Shown: piece after piece, positions 1 through 15,489 of the stretch | How positions within the stretch are numbered: the first letter of the stretch is position 1 | Layout of the letters: every line of letters starts with the position of its first letter | From: the human T2T-CHM13v2.0 reference genome, Homo sapiens | Direction: 5' to 3' (one strand) | NCBI RefSeq assembly: GCF_009914755.1 | Contig: NC_060928.1 | DNA: 64,000 bases | The notes under the pieces: generated by a model | What the model was told of the DNA's origin: nothing | Databases searched by the model: none | Seen by the model: the letters and a program-made list of their open reading frames with translations, nothing else | Made by a program: the position numbers and the translations under genes

Positions 1-389
1 CTTTTTTCCCCCTCTTATCATTTTAATAATGAATTTCACCTCTTTCTGTGGTTTCCAGGAGTAGGGTGCTCTGTGAGTTCTCTGCAGAAGCTGTTTTCTG
101 CAGTAAAGTCCTGATCTGTCACTGGGAACAGCTTTCTTCTGACAAATGTAGCTGAATTGGTTGGCAGAAGGATGGCAGGGAGGTAAAAGGGCAGGGAGTG
201 GTTATAAATCCTCTAAAACGCCATCAATTGAACTCTTACAATGGGAGACAGTGTCTTTGACGACGTGTTCCAAATGGTTGATACAGATATTCAATTTCAA
301 AGGATTTCTGCTGTGTTTTCAGAGGGCAGGGGACAAAAATGCCAGGAAATTGTTAGAATTCTTGTAAAAACCATGAAATTTATTATCAG

Positions 390-600
390 GTAGACTTAGG
401 TTTGTGTCTGGCTTCTGCCACTTACTGTGTGCTTCTAGGGCAAAAGTTTGAGCCTCACTTTTCTTAGCTGTAAGATGAGAATCCTAATACCTACCTACCA
501 TTTTACTCTATCAAGGTGAATTAATTTGTATAATACATGTAAAACATCTAATACAATATTTGGCACAGAGCTGGTACTTCATAAATGGTAGCTATTTCTG
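390..600 (+). mobile_element. MIR SINE fragment
   Basis: MIR core-like text: ggcttctgccacttactgtgtg...gagcctcacttttcttagctgtaagatgagaat...tttggcacagagctggtacttcataaatggtagctatt. Confidence 0.7.
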
Positions 601-1365
601 GAACTACTATTAATAGTGGTAGTAATTGATGATAATGGCCTGTATGTCCACTTAGCCTTTGGTGGGGATGGCAAGGGGGTGTTGACAGAGGCTCATCTGG
701 GAAGGGTATACTCAGAATTTTCATCCTCACATAGTCAACCTGTTATAATTTAGAGTCTCATCACATATTAATCCTTTAAAATGCAGTCACTCTCTAGAAT
801 AGTTCATTTCACTGATTACTCATTTTGTGTACATCCTGCTGTTTAACTCAGAGGGCTTACAATACAGATTTTTTATGTAAACAGTGTGGACAGGGGGTTA
901 GTAGAGGAGAGGGGAAAATATAATTTGGGGATTACTTTGGCCATAAGTCACACCTGGTGTCATGGTTTGGTGTGGAGTTTGGACACCCAGAAAAGGAAAG
1001 TTTAGATTATTGGGAAGTTGGGAAGAGGAGATGCCAGAATGGGTGACAGGAGGGTGGTAGGGACCCAACTACAATTTAGAATTTCCTGTGCAGGGTTCTC
1101 TGTTAGGATTGCCCGTGTGTTGCCATGAGTTTGTCTTGGTGTCCCTTCTGTCATTTGCCATCAGTTGGCAGTGTCTAGAATACAGTTCCATTTCATTGAA
1201 GCACTCAGTCTAGAGTATAAAGCATTTATGTGAATCAGTGGAAACTGAATTTGTACGGCTGAGGATCTGTACTGCAGTTTCAGAAAAGTCAGTATAGTTT
1301 AATTGAGGTATAAAGGGCTCTCCTCCCCATCTGAGTTGTGACAAGTTGAGAAATACAAAAAATGA

Positions 1366-2152
<787 letters not shown>

Positions 2153-2479
2153 AATATGTACTTTCTGCTAGAAGCCTGGCTCCCAGGAGAAGAGAGGAAG
2201 GGACAGGCTCAATCCCAAGCTCAACAAAATGACAAGTTACTCCTCCTTTCCTGGAGAAGAATTATATGGGGAGTCAGAGAGAGGCCAGAAGTACGCTGCT
2301 AGGAGATTCTGCATGTGGGAGGACACATGAGGATTGGAGACTTCATTTTACTGTATCATGTCTGCATAAATTCAAACTAAGTTCTAGCGAATTTGGAAGT
2401 AGTAATTCATACTTAAAAAAAAAAACAAATTGGAGTGGTTTAAATGTCACTCCGATCACTAAGAACCTATCATGGTCCC

Positions 2480-3270
<791 letters not shown>

Positions 3271-4477
3271 AGATGTGTCAAAAGAAAGTGGCTAGCACTC
3301 ATCACTATATTAGAATAGAGTGATGTGTTGGTTATGCTGGAAAATAAAATACCAGGGCAAAGAATTGAGATTAGCACTTAGTTTTATGTCACTGACATGG
3401 AATCAAAGAATGCTTTGGGACAGACTTTTGTAACAGAGAGGGTAGATCATCTAGTTCATCATCATTTTACAGCAGAGAAAACAAAGGCTCATGATTTGGA
3501 AAGAAATGTTCAGAGTCTGTGAGCTTAATATTTGTGAGAGGAATAGAGGATATGAAGCAGATGATCTTTCAGTTCTTTAATATTTGATTATGTTTACAAG
3601 GTTTGTGTGGTAGCTTTATGTTTGCATTAGAGGGTCCTCTAAGTGTTCCAAAGTGCTTTTCTATTATCCTGTAGATCCTCACTTCTTTATGTGCTCGCCA
3701 AAATCTGTGGAGGAAGGCACTTTTCACAGAAGCCTTCACATCTCATCGTTTACCTTCTTCATTGACACATGTCAACTCACTGCGGTAGATTACATAGTAT
3801 GCAGGCCTGAGACATCAGGCTTGTTTTCCGTTTGTAGCAGTTGGGACACCAGAATATTACTTCACTTGCCCATGGTCACCAGATGCTAAGAATTAAAATG
3901 CAAGTGTCTTATATTCATTCCCATTGCAGACCATTTTCTACTACTCCATGATGTTTTTCTCTTCTTTAAATTATCATCTGGAGACCCTGAGAGAATCCTG
4001 GCTGAGAAAGGGAGCACATTTGTGATTCCCTGATCAGCAAAGAGATCGGTTAATGCAAGTACCTTAAGCACCCAGGGTAGAAGGTTATGAACCCCAGATT
4101 GGAGAAAGGATGGCCTGGCTTTGATGAGTGCTGAGAGAGGATGCTGCCCTGTGCCAGAGTGGAACAGGAAGCGGGAGCTGATACCTGAGAAGGACAGGTC
4201 AGCTAGCCAGCTCTCAGGGAGGGGTTTCCAGGACAGCCTTATTACTTGCTTTATGTTGTAGACTTCTCAAGACATCCATGATCATATTTAACTATTGTAC
4301 AAAAATAGCAAACAAAATATAAGTAGTGTTTTGGTCATTTGTGCCACTGTTTTTTTCCAGTAAATTAAAACAATTTTTGGTTTTTAACTTAAAAAATTAA
4401 ATGTTAGTGTTGTCTCTTATTGGTTAGTTAACAGAAAAGCTAATAGAGAAGTTAGTCTGTCTAGTGTATATTTTTAA

Positions 4478-4665
4478 ACAGATTTCAAACACTGAGTTGT
4501 TGCATGAGTAAGTCATGAAGTCAATTTGGTAGGTCACAATTTAAAGTTGAATAAAATAGAAAATATCAGAGTGCATTGCACTTAGTAATGGTGAGTACTA
4601 GATATTATTGTAAAATATTTTTATTTTGATGAGTCTTAGTGTTAAAAAGTTTGAAAACACTGAAT
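4478..4665 (+). mobile_element. hAT-Charlie DNA transposon fossil (Charlie4z-like)
   Basis: aaatagaaaatatcagagtgcattgcacttagtaatggtgagta core; ends aaaaagtttgaaaacactg. Confidence 0.55.
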
Positions 4666-4914
4666 GGGAGAATGTTACTAGATTACTTGTTACTTGATGT
4701 TACATTTCTGCTTTATCATGGGCTGCGAATAAATGTTAGTTGGTATTCTTCAGTTCTAAAACATTCATTTGTTAATTATTTCATTCAACATATATATTTT
4801 AAGCACCCAATATATGCCAGGCACTGTTCTAAGTGTTTGCTGGGGTTGAGATATCTATAGCAATTTACTTACAAAGCATATTTTATTTCTCTTACTCAGA
4901 GAAAACACTGAATC

Positions 4915-5160
4915 GGTGTGCCTAAGGTTTAGCTGTGGATAACAGAAAACTCCCTTTACATTACAGAAAACTCCCTTTAATGATCCTTTCATATTCTGCA
5001 CACCAGTTCTATTTACAACTCACTAGCCAAAACATACATAGTAACATCTAGATGCAAAGGAAGCAGGGAAATGTGGTTTTTTATTATAAAGTCAGGGTTT
5101 ATTCCCAAGGAAGAGAGGGAGAATAAATATTGGGGAGACATTTAGTAGTGCCTGCCATAA
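4915..5160 (-). mobile_element. MLT1J/K-like MaLR LTR, internally deleted
   Basis: ggtttagctgtggataacagaaaactcc...catctagatgcaaaggaagcagggaaatgtgg...aataaatattggggagacatttagtagtgcctgccata. Confidence 0.55.
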
Positions 5161-8100
5161 ACCTCAAAGCTTCTTACATGTAAACAAAATTTCATTTCCA
5201 TTGATGGGAAACTGGAAATTTCTATTATTATAATTATTGGAAAGGCACAAGCTTTGCAGGGCCACTGCATAGAGTTGGGCAGGTTGTCTACTGCACAAGG
5301 GCAGCCTGCTGAGGGTGCAGATAGGAGAGATGGTGTTCATGTTCCATTTGCCAGACTTTGTGTCCTGGCATGGGGCTGTGTCCACCCACAGGAAGAGGCA
5401 CCCTTCTCTAATTGGCAGAAGACACCTTCTTCTCTGGCCAAGCCATCTGCTTACCAAACTGTGGGCTTGGGGGGCTACTTTGCCCAAAGAGATCTATTTC
5501 TAATTTGCAGAAATGCCCTATATGGGCTGGCTGTGGCTCAGAGGCCAGTCTCAACTAGCCTAGAGGTCGTCTTAAGCATTTGACCCTGACATACCTGATT
5601 CTGTCCCTTCTTCTAGTATAGCTCTTCTTGCCTGGTTTTATATTTTTAAAATAATAGAAGTTAGCTGACAAAACTGTATGCATTGTCTTATCACAAATAG
5701 GCACAGAGTAAATTTTCAGAGGCTGAGTAGATCTACAGGTCCTACAGAGTCTCCTCATCCCTGACCTCTCCATTACTTCTCTTCCATTGTAGGAAAGGAA
5801 ATTAGCATTATAAATTAAGCTTACATTGATCTCTGATTTGAAATGGAAAATTAGATATCTTTTTTTTTTTTTAACTTCAACAAGTGCATGAGGGAGATAA
5901 TGGTACCAAACGATTGGGTTCTTAAGCATCAGAATTATGAAAAGATAGAAAGGGTCCCACCCTCCCTACACACCGAGAATAAAAAAAAAAAACCCCACAC
6001 AAAACCCCACCTTATCTAAGGCAGCCAGGTGGTATTCATCTTGGAAACAAATGCAGAGAGTGGAGGGAAGATCTGGTCTGAAAGTTGGTGTGAATCTTTT
6101 ATTCTTTCCCTGCACTATCCTAAGAGAACATTAAAAATTTATCAGCAACAAAGGCCCTGCAAGATTTTCTTCAAGTAAGAAAACCAAAAAGCAAGGAAAA
6201 CAGAGAAGGAGTTTAGTCTGTTTATTTTATCTTCTTGCTAAATTTTCTCTCACCGCACACTAAGTTTTTTTTGAGGGCTTGCTGTCCCCTCATTTTTGTG
6301 TCTGACTTGCGTTTCAGGTGAGGTAAAGCAGGAATCATTCTGATGGGATGCTCCTCTGTGATTATCCAGTGCCAGATGATGTGCAGGTCTGGGACAACAG
6401 AGAGAAACGAACAGAATAACTGCAATTATTGAATTTGTTTGGGCAGATATGTGTGTGTTTTCTGCCTTCCCATTGTATTGAGGTCTTTCCGGTGCTCATG
6501 GAAAATAAGCTAGGAGTGAAATCTGTCTTTTATCATCAGAGCTTGCTTTGTTACTTTGTTACAGTTTGAGTGTCTAGGAAAATTGGTCTAAACTTAAATT
6601 CCACTGCCGAATGATACATTTAACCCATCAGGGAGATTGTGTGTGTGTGGCAGGGGGTGGTGGGGGGTGCGTGGGGGAGGAGTTGGGGGGGTTGCGTGGA
6701 ATGGAATGGCAGGCATTAGATGCTGCGTTTTTGCAGTGGTTCTCAGATACTTCATTCTAGAGAAGCTGCTGGTTGGGGTTCTGGCCCATGGACCATTTCC
6801 CCTCTACTGTGGGTTTTAAAGTCAGTCTCATCAGCATTCAGTAGTATTGTCTTATTAATCAGGAAGATAAATAGGGAGAAGCCTGAGGAAGCATTTCTTT
6901 TTTTTTTTTTCCAGTGGATCACTTTTCGAGGTTGCCATAATTGAAGAGCATGGAATGAGTTACGCTCTGCATTTTCAATGAAATGTTATTCACTATAAAT
7001 GGAAAATTTCCCCTGCTGTTCAGGCATTGTAAAATTAATATAACTACCCTGCTAAGGAAGGCATCCCCAACATGGGCTGTTGGAAATCCAGTGTTTTTAT
7101 TAGTAACAGGGCTGCTGATTTCCATCTTGACACATTTATTGATTACTCTGAGTACCTGGTGGTGCATCAGGTCCTTTGAGAATTCATGTTGCAGGTCAGT
7201 TGTAGTCATTTCTGCAGTAAGTTTGCAATCTTAAAGGATGAATATGTGTATTATGAAAACTGAGAAGGGGAACTGACAGCCTAGAAAAGGGGAGTCTGAG
7301 AGGTTTAATAAGAATTCTGGAATAGGAAAGTTGAGTTTTGGGGGGACAGCATTTCTCCATCACCACTTATTAAGATGAGGGCAGGGTAAGGTACAATTTA
7401 AATTACAGCAGGTGGAATCTCCCTTTATAATGAGGAGTACTTTCTTCTGATGCAAAAGATTATGAGCCTCGACTAAGCTGTGTTGCTGAAAGAAGCCGTG
7501 TAATCTCTGTTTGAATTTGAAAGAAGGGTGTCGTGGGTGTCTGTGTTTTGGCAGCCCAGCACCAGACCTCTTTTTCTTTCTAAGCCTGTCTCTCCAGCCT
7601 TCTGGTGATTCTGTGAGACACCCCTTCAGTAAGTATCTTTTCTGCTTGGACCATCTGGAGTTAGTTCTCATAAGATTGTTGGGACTCAAATAACTGAAAC
7701 AATATGCTTCGAATAGTCCTTAGTTGCATACTCGGTGCTCAGTAACTGGTCAGTGATGTTGTTTTTATTGTTTCTTAAATTGTAACCAAGAAGTTTGAAT
7801 CAAAAAAGGACTCTGTGGAACAATTAGTAAACAAGAAAGAGAAGAACCAAGTGATCTTTGGAATACCCCTCAGATCTTTGTTTCTGAGCCAAAATGCCCC
7901 CATATTTCCTTGTTAATTATTACCTCAGGACCATGCTATGAATTACCTTTCTTATGGGTTATTTGGGTATTCAATAGTTAAACTTTATTAGATGAGGTTC
8001 AAGTATAATGGATCATATACTGCATTATACTCTAATAAATTATATCATAATGAAGCTGTAGGGTACAAGTTATGCACACATAGTATAGGAAAGGAGGCTA

Positions 8101-8689
8101 TAGACGTAGCCATTTGCTGAATCCTCCAAGGAGAGAGGTTTATGATAAGCAAGCAAAAATAACTTTGGATGTGATGAAAGCAGTAACCCTTCAACTTGGC
8201 CAACGCTAGTTGCAGCATCGGCCCATTGGACATAGGACCATTTTTATTGGCAATGACAGCTTTATTCTTGTTCTGTCAGTATTGGTCAGCTTGTCCTGTG
8301 GGATTAGAATCAGGTTTAGATTGGCTAACATTGGCAAATACAGATGAAAATATGTTTTAGGGAGTTTCTGTGTCCCCTCTTAACCACAGCCTGTTCTAGG
8401 ACACACTGAATCTTTGGGGCTGAGGTAGCCTATCCCTTGTGACCACCTCAAAATCTTCTGATTCTATAAAATGCCTGGGAGGGAATGGGGAGGGAGTGGA
8501 AATGGATGAGGTGTTCATTTTCTATAAGGGAGGTTGTACTTTTCCCCCTCCACCCCCGAAAATATGTACAGACAGGCAAATTTTGTTCTTTTGCCACCAA
8601 CACTCCCGCTGACTTCCTGGTCCTTTTTTTTTTTTTTTTTTTTTCGCCTCAATTTGGCTTATTTTAAACTGATGACCCAAGTCAGGAAA

Positions 8690-8905
8690 TAATAGCCATC
8701 CTTTACTGAGTCCTTTCTATGTGTTGAGATTTATGCACATTCTCTTTAATCCTCTTAATACTTTCAAAGATATTGATTATCCCCATTTTGCAGAGGAGGA
8801 AACAGGCTTAGATTAAATAACACAATAAAGGTTATAAAGGTAATAAATGTTAGGATTTGAACTCTAGTTTGTGTAGCTCCAAAGCCTCTCCTTTTTCTGA
8901 AAACC
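8690..8905 (-). mobile_element. MIR SINE
   Basis: tttaatcctcttaatac...attatccccattttgcagaggaggaaacaggcttaga...ggatttgaactctag. Confidence 0.75.
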
Positions 8906-11096
8906 ACTCTCTATTATCTTCCTCTCGCTGTTTTCCTCAAAACCTCATTTTCTGCTCAGAGCTGGCAACCGTATTCTCTGCAAGGCTAACATAACTTCTG
9001 ATATAGACCTCACATAAGTTCAGGTCTTAAGTAGAATTTACTAATGCATTTGCCTTCTGCTTACAACAGCAAAACACTCAGAACTGTGTTTTGTTCATCT
9101 TTCTGTCCCCAGCACCCAGTACAGAGCTTTCACACCTGCATAAATGTTTGTTGAATAGGGCCATTCCTGATATGTTCCCATTGCGAGGAGGTATAGGAAA
9201 AGTTAGGAACCCCAAAGGAGCAGCATCCATAGCATTTGACAATATTCATGACAAGGTAATCTGAACACTGAGAACAAAATGGGAAATGCAGAAAAACAAT
9301 CAACCAAATCCCAGATACTAAAGTTTGTACTTCGGGGACGGGTAGTCAGTGTTTATTCAGGTACCTCAAATTTGGGCCAGTTAAATGCATTGAGAGCAGC
9401 TCCAGGGAAGCAGCGCTCAGTGAGGAAGCCACATGGCCTTGGGAGCACCACCACTGCCTGTGGTGTGAGTGGCACTGCCTCCCACGTGTGCCTCTTGTAC
9501 CTGGTTTTTCCCCAGGCAGACAGACCCCAGCTCCAAATTCCATTGGGGAGATGAGCGGTGTTTCACTATTCAGGGCCTGGAAGGACCCTGAAAAGCCATT
9601 TGTTCACTGCTTCCCTTTTCTCCCAGAAGGCATAAATTTATTATACTAATATATTTAATGTATTACAGATCCATTGAAGAAATGCTGGGAGAAAAAGGGC
9701 AGAGATTGGCTTTTATTTTAATACACTTTCCTCAAAATACGTTACTGAAATCCTCATTGTAGCCAGTCTGTTTCCTCCTTCCTCAAATATTTTAGGAATA
9801 AATCAGCAAACTTGCTGACTTTGGCTGTCACCTCCATTCACCTCCCCAGCTGGCCTCTGGCGGTGCTAGCAGTGTAGCGTGTGGCCTAGAGGTCGGGGAG
9901 CAGAAGGGAGGCATAGGGGAGCCGACGGGAGGGAGCCGGAATCATCAACTGCAGACTATTTTCAGATCTGGAGTCATTGAACATTTTCTGTCCTGAATTT
10001 TTGGCTGAAACAGTAGAGCTGCTTGCTGAGAACCAGGGCGTCTGTCTTCCCTTTTGTACTTAAATGTTCTTCTTGGCGCTTCTTGTCCTTGGAGGGGAGA
10101 AGATGGCTGCAAGGAGCCTTTCCAGCTGCTGCCCTTGGCTGCAGGTGGGTGGATGTGCCTCCCACCTGTCCGTTGGCTTGGCTCTCTCTGGCAGCAGCGG
10201 GTAGGCTCGTAGCCTGTGTTCCCTGTTAAGACCCTTTCACTCCTGTTTCGTGTGATCCAGCCTTGTCATTCTTTTCCCCTCTGCTGATTTCAGTGGGAGC
10301 TTCACTCTGGTTGGACCCACTGGGGCTGATGACTCACTGATAACCCAGGTGAACCAGCAGTTAGCTAGTTTTTTCCTCTGTTATCAAAGGAAAAGCCAAG
10401 GAAGGGTGGCTTCTAATTTGGAGAGGGTGCCACCTGCCTGCCTGACCCCACTGCCTGCCACCTGCCTGAGTGACAGAAGGTAGGATCCATCTGTTTGTTC
10501 CAATGTGACTAGATCACAAAAAAACAATTAGCAGCTTGGAAATGTATTTTTCAGGACACACATAAACCTGCCATTACAGGGAGGATTCTGGTACTAATTT
10601 AGATGCAAATGGGATCGCCTGACTAGAGCTGATTACAGAAAGGTCAGAATGTCTATATGCTCAATTTCACTCATACGCCGTGCAATAAGTTAATGTGCTT
10701 CTGCAGTTGTGGGCATGATGGCTGGGTTTGGTTCTGGCTTTAATTTTTTTTAGAGAGCTTTGGTTTTATAGAAGTAGAATGTGATGCATGGTGTCACCTC
10801 CTCCCTTCCCACCCACCTCCTTTTTAAAAGAAAACACACTGTCCATTTTGCCTATTTCTGGGAAGCTTGAAATTCTAATAAAAAATAAAAACACACTTTT
10901 GGAGCTCTTAGCCTAAGACAAAAAAGAGTAGATTGACTGTAAATTCAGTTGCCATCCTGTTCAGAAAACTGATCTCACCTATGTGTGCACTTCTTCCAGG
11001 CCAGACCTTGACGGGTTATAGCCTGGAGCATAGGGAACTGGCGATGAGAACTGGTGGGTGAAAGCATGGCGTAGATGATTGTGAACTGTGCTCCTG

Positions 11097-11392
11097 TGGT
11101 GTTTTTCAGATGTTTTTGGCTACTGCTCACAGTCAGAAATAATATTTTGTATGTTTGCATATATATGTATATTTACTGAATTTGCAAGCAAAGCACATAT
11201 ATTTAATGTATCACATTATGTATATTTTCAACAAAATATGTATACACAAGTTTGACAAAACAGGACTTGCCCTTACTACATGCAGGGCACTCTAATATTT
11301 TCTATTGGAATCTGGTCTAAACCATTAATGAAATAATAAACTGAATTCACTACCCACTTTTGGATTTCAAACTATAGTTTCAAAAACACCAG
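11097..11392 (-). mobile_element. hAT-Charlie fossil (Charlie4-like), opposite orientation to the copy at ~4.5 kb
   Basis: cttgcccttactacatgcagggcactctaatattttctatt is the reverse complement of the Charlie4z-like core; ends gtttcaaaaacacca. Confidence 0.5.
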
Positions 11393-14300
11393 CTTAAGGG
11401 ATTGGTGAAGATTCTCGGCATGAAGAAGGACCCGGACAAGGGCTATAGGAGTGTGGAGAAGATGGGCAGAGAAAGATTTATTTCCAAGGATGGACTAAAC
11501 GGGACTCAGTAGCAGTAAAGTCAAGTACCTGAGTCAGGCCTCTATTCTGGAACTGACACATAATAGTGCTTAAGCAGAGACATTCTTTAGAGTAACAACT
11601 GTTCTTATCTTAGGGATAATTACTCATTTGTGGACACTGAGTTTTCTTTAGGTTATTTCAGTCATTGTGGCCCACCTTTAGTATGAAATAACATTCTTAA
11701 GCTTTAGTATCCCTAAACTTTATTATTGCGTATGATATGGCAGTAAGGTAGAATGTCATTTACTGTTTCTATTAGTATTTCTATGTAAATTCGTAGCTAC
11801 CTGCAATTCTTTATAAAACAAATTAAATAAATATTGATAGTCATCTCTAAGACAGAGGTCTTACTTATATTAGCAGCTGATTGTCCTCCATAATGGGTGC
11901 ATGAAGAAGATGCTACTTTCCAGTCTTGCTAACACTTCTTTGGGGCATTAGCAGAAGATTTCGTTTTACATTCTGCACAGCAGAGCATCTTTTCCCTGGT
12001 GGTTTATTGTTAGCTTTCCAGTGATCACACTTAGGCTCTGGTCTCATCCTCGTTAAGGAGGTTGCATATTTGGGGGGATTAGAGGAAGTTTCTGAAAGTA
12101 AGATAATGGGACAGGAAAAGATTTTCTGGTATAAAAAGCTCCTGAAGGCTCTGAGGATATGGTAGAAGGAAAAGATGGAAGAAGGGAGCCAGATTTTCCT
12201 GGTTTGGTTATTCGTTTAAGGTGAGTATGATCTGTTTATAAAAATAGGCAACTTAATGCTTAATGGACTTGGGTTTTTAATATTTATAGCATGTTATATA
12301 AATGCTGTCCCTCCAAGTGCTTTCTTAAATCCTCTTAGCTTATAAATGACAGCTTTGATTTCTAAAAAGAAATGAAATATTTTCATTTATCCAGCCTAAC
12401 AGTAGTAAACAATAGATACTTAATGCCCTCCTTTCATGTTAGCCCTCAAAGACTGAGACTTGTAGTCTAAGGAGTTGATTGCTGTGCTTTCAAGCTTACT
12501 AAGGTCATGTGTAACTTAAGGGGGGAAAAGCTGATGCTACATTATTGGTGCAAAGGCTGGAATTCTGTATAACATGTCAGTTCAGCAGTGTTCCATAGAT
12601 AAGCTGAAAATATTGTGTTACAGAAACTACATACATGGCCTGTTTGGAATGATTATGCAACTTTTTTCTAGTGATCAAGGTTGTTGGGGAATTAGATTTT
12701 TGCCTAAATCATTTAGGATTAAGTTTCTGCTAAAGGATCCCAAGTTTGCAGTAGTGAAGTGGATGTGAGCTAATGTAGGGTTGTTGTGAGTCATTTCCCC
12801 CTTAGCTATGATTGGTGACATCAGTTATTACAGAGATCTTTATAAAAAACGTCTCTACTTTCTGGGACCTTCAGGACACATGTAGAGGATAAAGGATAAT
12901 TAAAAGTTAAACTAAATTCTGGCAAATATAAATCACTAGATCTTTGGGGCTATCATTCACTCAGGAAGAAGTACATTTTATGTGCCAGGCTTTGTGCATT
13001 GCATTGAGGTAATAAAGAAAAGACACAGTGTGCATCCCAGGGCAGCATTAGGAGTGCTTCATATATGGGACTAGAAAACATCAGGAAACACAAAGACGGA
13101 AGTAGTTTGTTTCAGAAGCAGGGGCAGACCATGAAAAGCACTCTTCCCAGTGCAATTTATTTGTTAAATGTTTGATGGTTGCCTATTTCTGTTGCTGTAT
13201 ATGGGCCACAGAGAGCTCTTTACAGTTGGTCAGATGACATAGTGGTGTATTGAATGACTGAGAACTTGCATTGTTGGCACCGAGCTAGGGGAAGGGGATT
13301 TGCGCTATGATATGTACTCAGACCACTGTGGAATGACTTCTCGTTAGATACTAATGCACTGGATAAGCATGCCTTGCTTAGATAAAGAAAACAGACACAC
13401 TGACTTGGTAATATCTTATCCACCTGGGCTCATCTATCCAGAAGAAAGCTGAGCACCAATAACTTTTTAAAAGTAATTTAAACTGCCAAAATAGATAGCT
13501 CCAAGCCTTTATGCACAGATGCATCCACTCAGGGCTCATCTACACTTATGTAGCAGATCTGGACATCTGGTTTCTAAACTAATCTGTGGATTTTAAAAGC
13601 CGAAAATTAAAAGGGGAAGAGGAATGGAATATAAAAGGAATGGCCCAGTAACCGTAAGATAATGTGACAACTAACACTTTTAAAGGAAGAGAATGAAAGA
13701 AGATTTTAAAAAATGGAAAAGGGAAAATAATCACTCAAAAAGTATTGCCATCTGTTTTGTTTAAAATCGAGTGCATTTGACTCATGGTGGAGGGATTGCT
13801 AAGATTTCTAGGGTGTGTGGTATTAGAATCTGAGAGTTTGAACTATTTCTCTGGTGGTTTTCACGCATTCAGGTGTGGCTGTTTCTTTATGCTTCTGCGG
13901 GGCAATTGATGACCCTGGGAATGACCTCTATTCATCAAGAGATGGTATATTCTCATCTTAGGAGGACAAAGATGTATATGCTAGCTCTTAAAATACTCCC
14001 AATAAAAATGTTTAAGGTTAGAATTTTGATACTTGAAGCATCAAATCCTCGGCTTCTTGAAAAACTTGGCTCTTCAGAGTCTTATTCACTGAAAAATTGA
14101 CATTTTACTGCATGAGAAAATTACACCAGGTAGCATATATTAATTTGTTATAAAAAAGTCGCAGTTACTTTATAAGCAGTAAGTTCTTATAGTACTTTGT
14201 AAATAACATTTTATGTGTATTATTCAGTTATAAAAAATTTGACATGCAGCTCTCCAGAAACACATCGGAACATCTGTAGCACTTTGTGTCTGTACTGCTC

Positions 14301-14803
14301 CTTTGCAATTTATATTATCATTTTGCTTGTCATAGCTCATCTTTCTGGACATAAGGAATGTTATGTTTTCAGCTCCTCGTACATAACAGGTCCCAATAAA
14401 TGTTTACTGAATGACTAATAAAGAAACAAGTTATTCCGGGCTTTCTAATTAATCCTTTACTAACCATGTAAATACTTTCCATTATCTTTTTTCTTCATTT
14501 TTGATTACACTCTAAAATCTTTATGGTATTTGAACTGCATTTGATGATTAGAGTTACCAGAACACTTGAATTGATTCTTTATGCCTTTCTTTTTCCTTAT
14601 TGAATTAAAGGGCGGAAACAGCATGAGGTATTGTGGAATGTGAATAGGTTATGGGCTTCAATAAAGCTCTGAAGTGTGTTTTCGTGGGCAGGCATGTTCT
14701 TGCCTTGATGATGTCACTGTGGTGAGGCTGGGGGCCACGGGAGAGGCGTGTATCACAGCATCAAAAGGATGCTCACCTGTGCTCACTCCGTTGTTTGTCC
14801 TAG

Positions 14804-14971
14804 GTGACTGTGGAAGAGGTCATGACCACAACTGCATATCTGGACCTTTTCCTGCGTAGCATCTCCGAGCCAGCACTACTTGAGATCTTCCTCCGTTTTA
14901 TCCTATTGCACCAGCACGAGAATGTCCACATCCTAGACACTCTCACGAGTCGAATCAACACCCCGTTTCGG
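14804..14971 (+). CDS. FHIP1A: FHIP1A/FAM160A1 internal coding exon (168 nt, phase 0 to 0): VTVEEVMTTTAYLDLFLRSISEPALLEIFLRFILLHQHENVHILDTLTSRINTPFR
   Basis: Acceptor ttgtttgtcctag| and donor CGG|gtaagg; peptide is typical of the FAM160/FHIP conserved domain; upstream exons lie before the window. Confidence 0.95.
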
Positions 14972-15489
14972 GTAAGGAGAGCGCCAGAGGAAGGGAACTT
15001 ACAACTCAGAACAGATTTCAGGAGAGTTTTTTTTTGGGAATGAAATTATGAATATTCTCTTTTGCTCTCCTTTTTTTTTCTTTTTCTTTTTTGGTTGTTG
15101 TTGTTTTGTGGCCATTACCTTCTTTCTATTTGGGTAGAGATGAATGGAATAATGCGTTTTGTTCTCAGGGATCCTTCTGTCAAGAGGTGACACTTACTGC
15201 CTTTCCTAGGACATCTTTCGCTATTTCTCTGTTTTAGCACTTTCTTCTGTAGAACTAGCAGAGTGCACTTCTGTGGGGGCAAGATGCAAGGGAACATGTG
15301 GGCTTAAGCACAGATAAAGCCAAGGAACCAGAGTGCATCAAGTCTGGGTGTTAGAGATCATATTCCTGTCCATGAGTTTTCTTGAAATGGAAGTTTGGAA
15401 AGTTGTGAATTTGGGTGGTCATTCTTCATTTTGAAGCTCTGATTAACTTGAAAAATACTCCTCCCCAAAGGCTATCTCTAGTTAATTGC

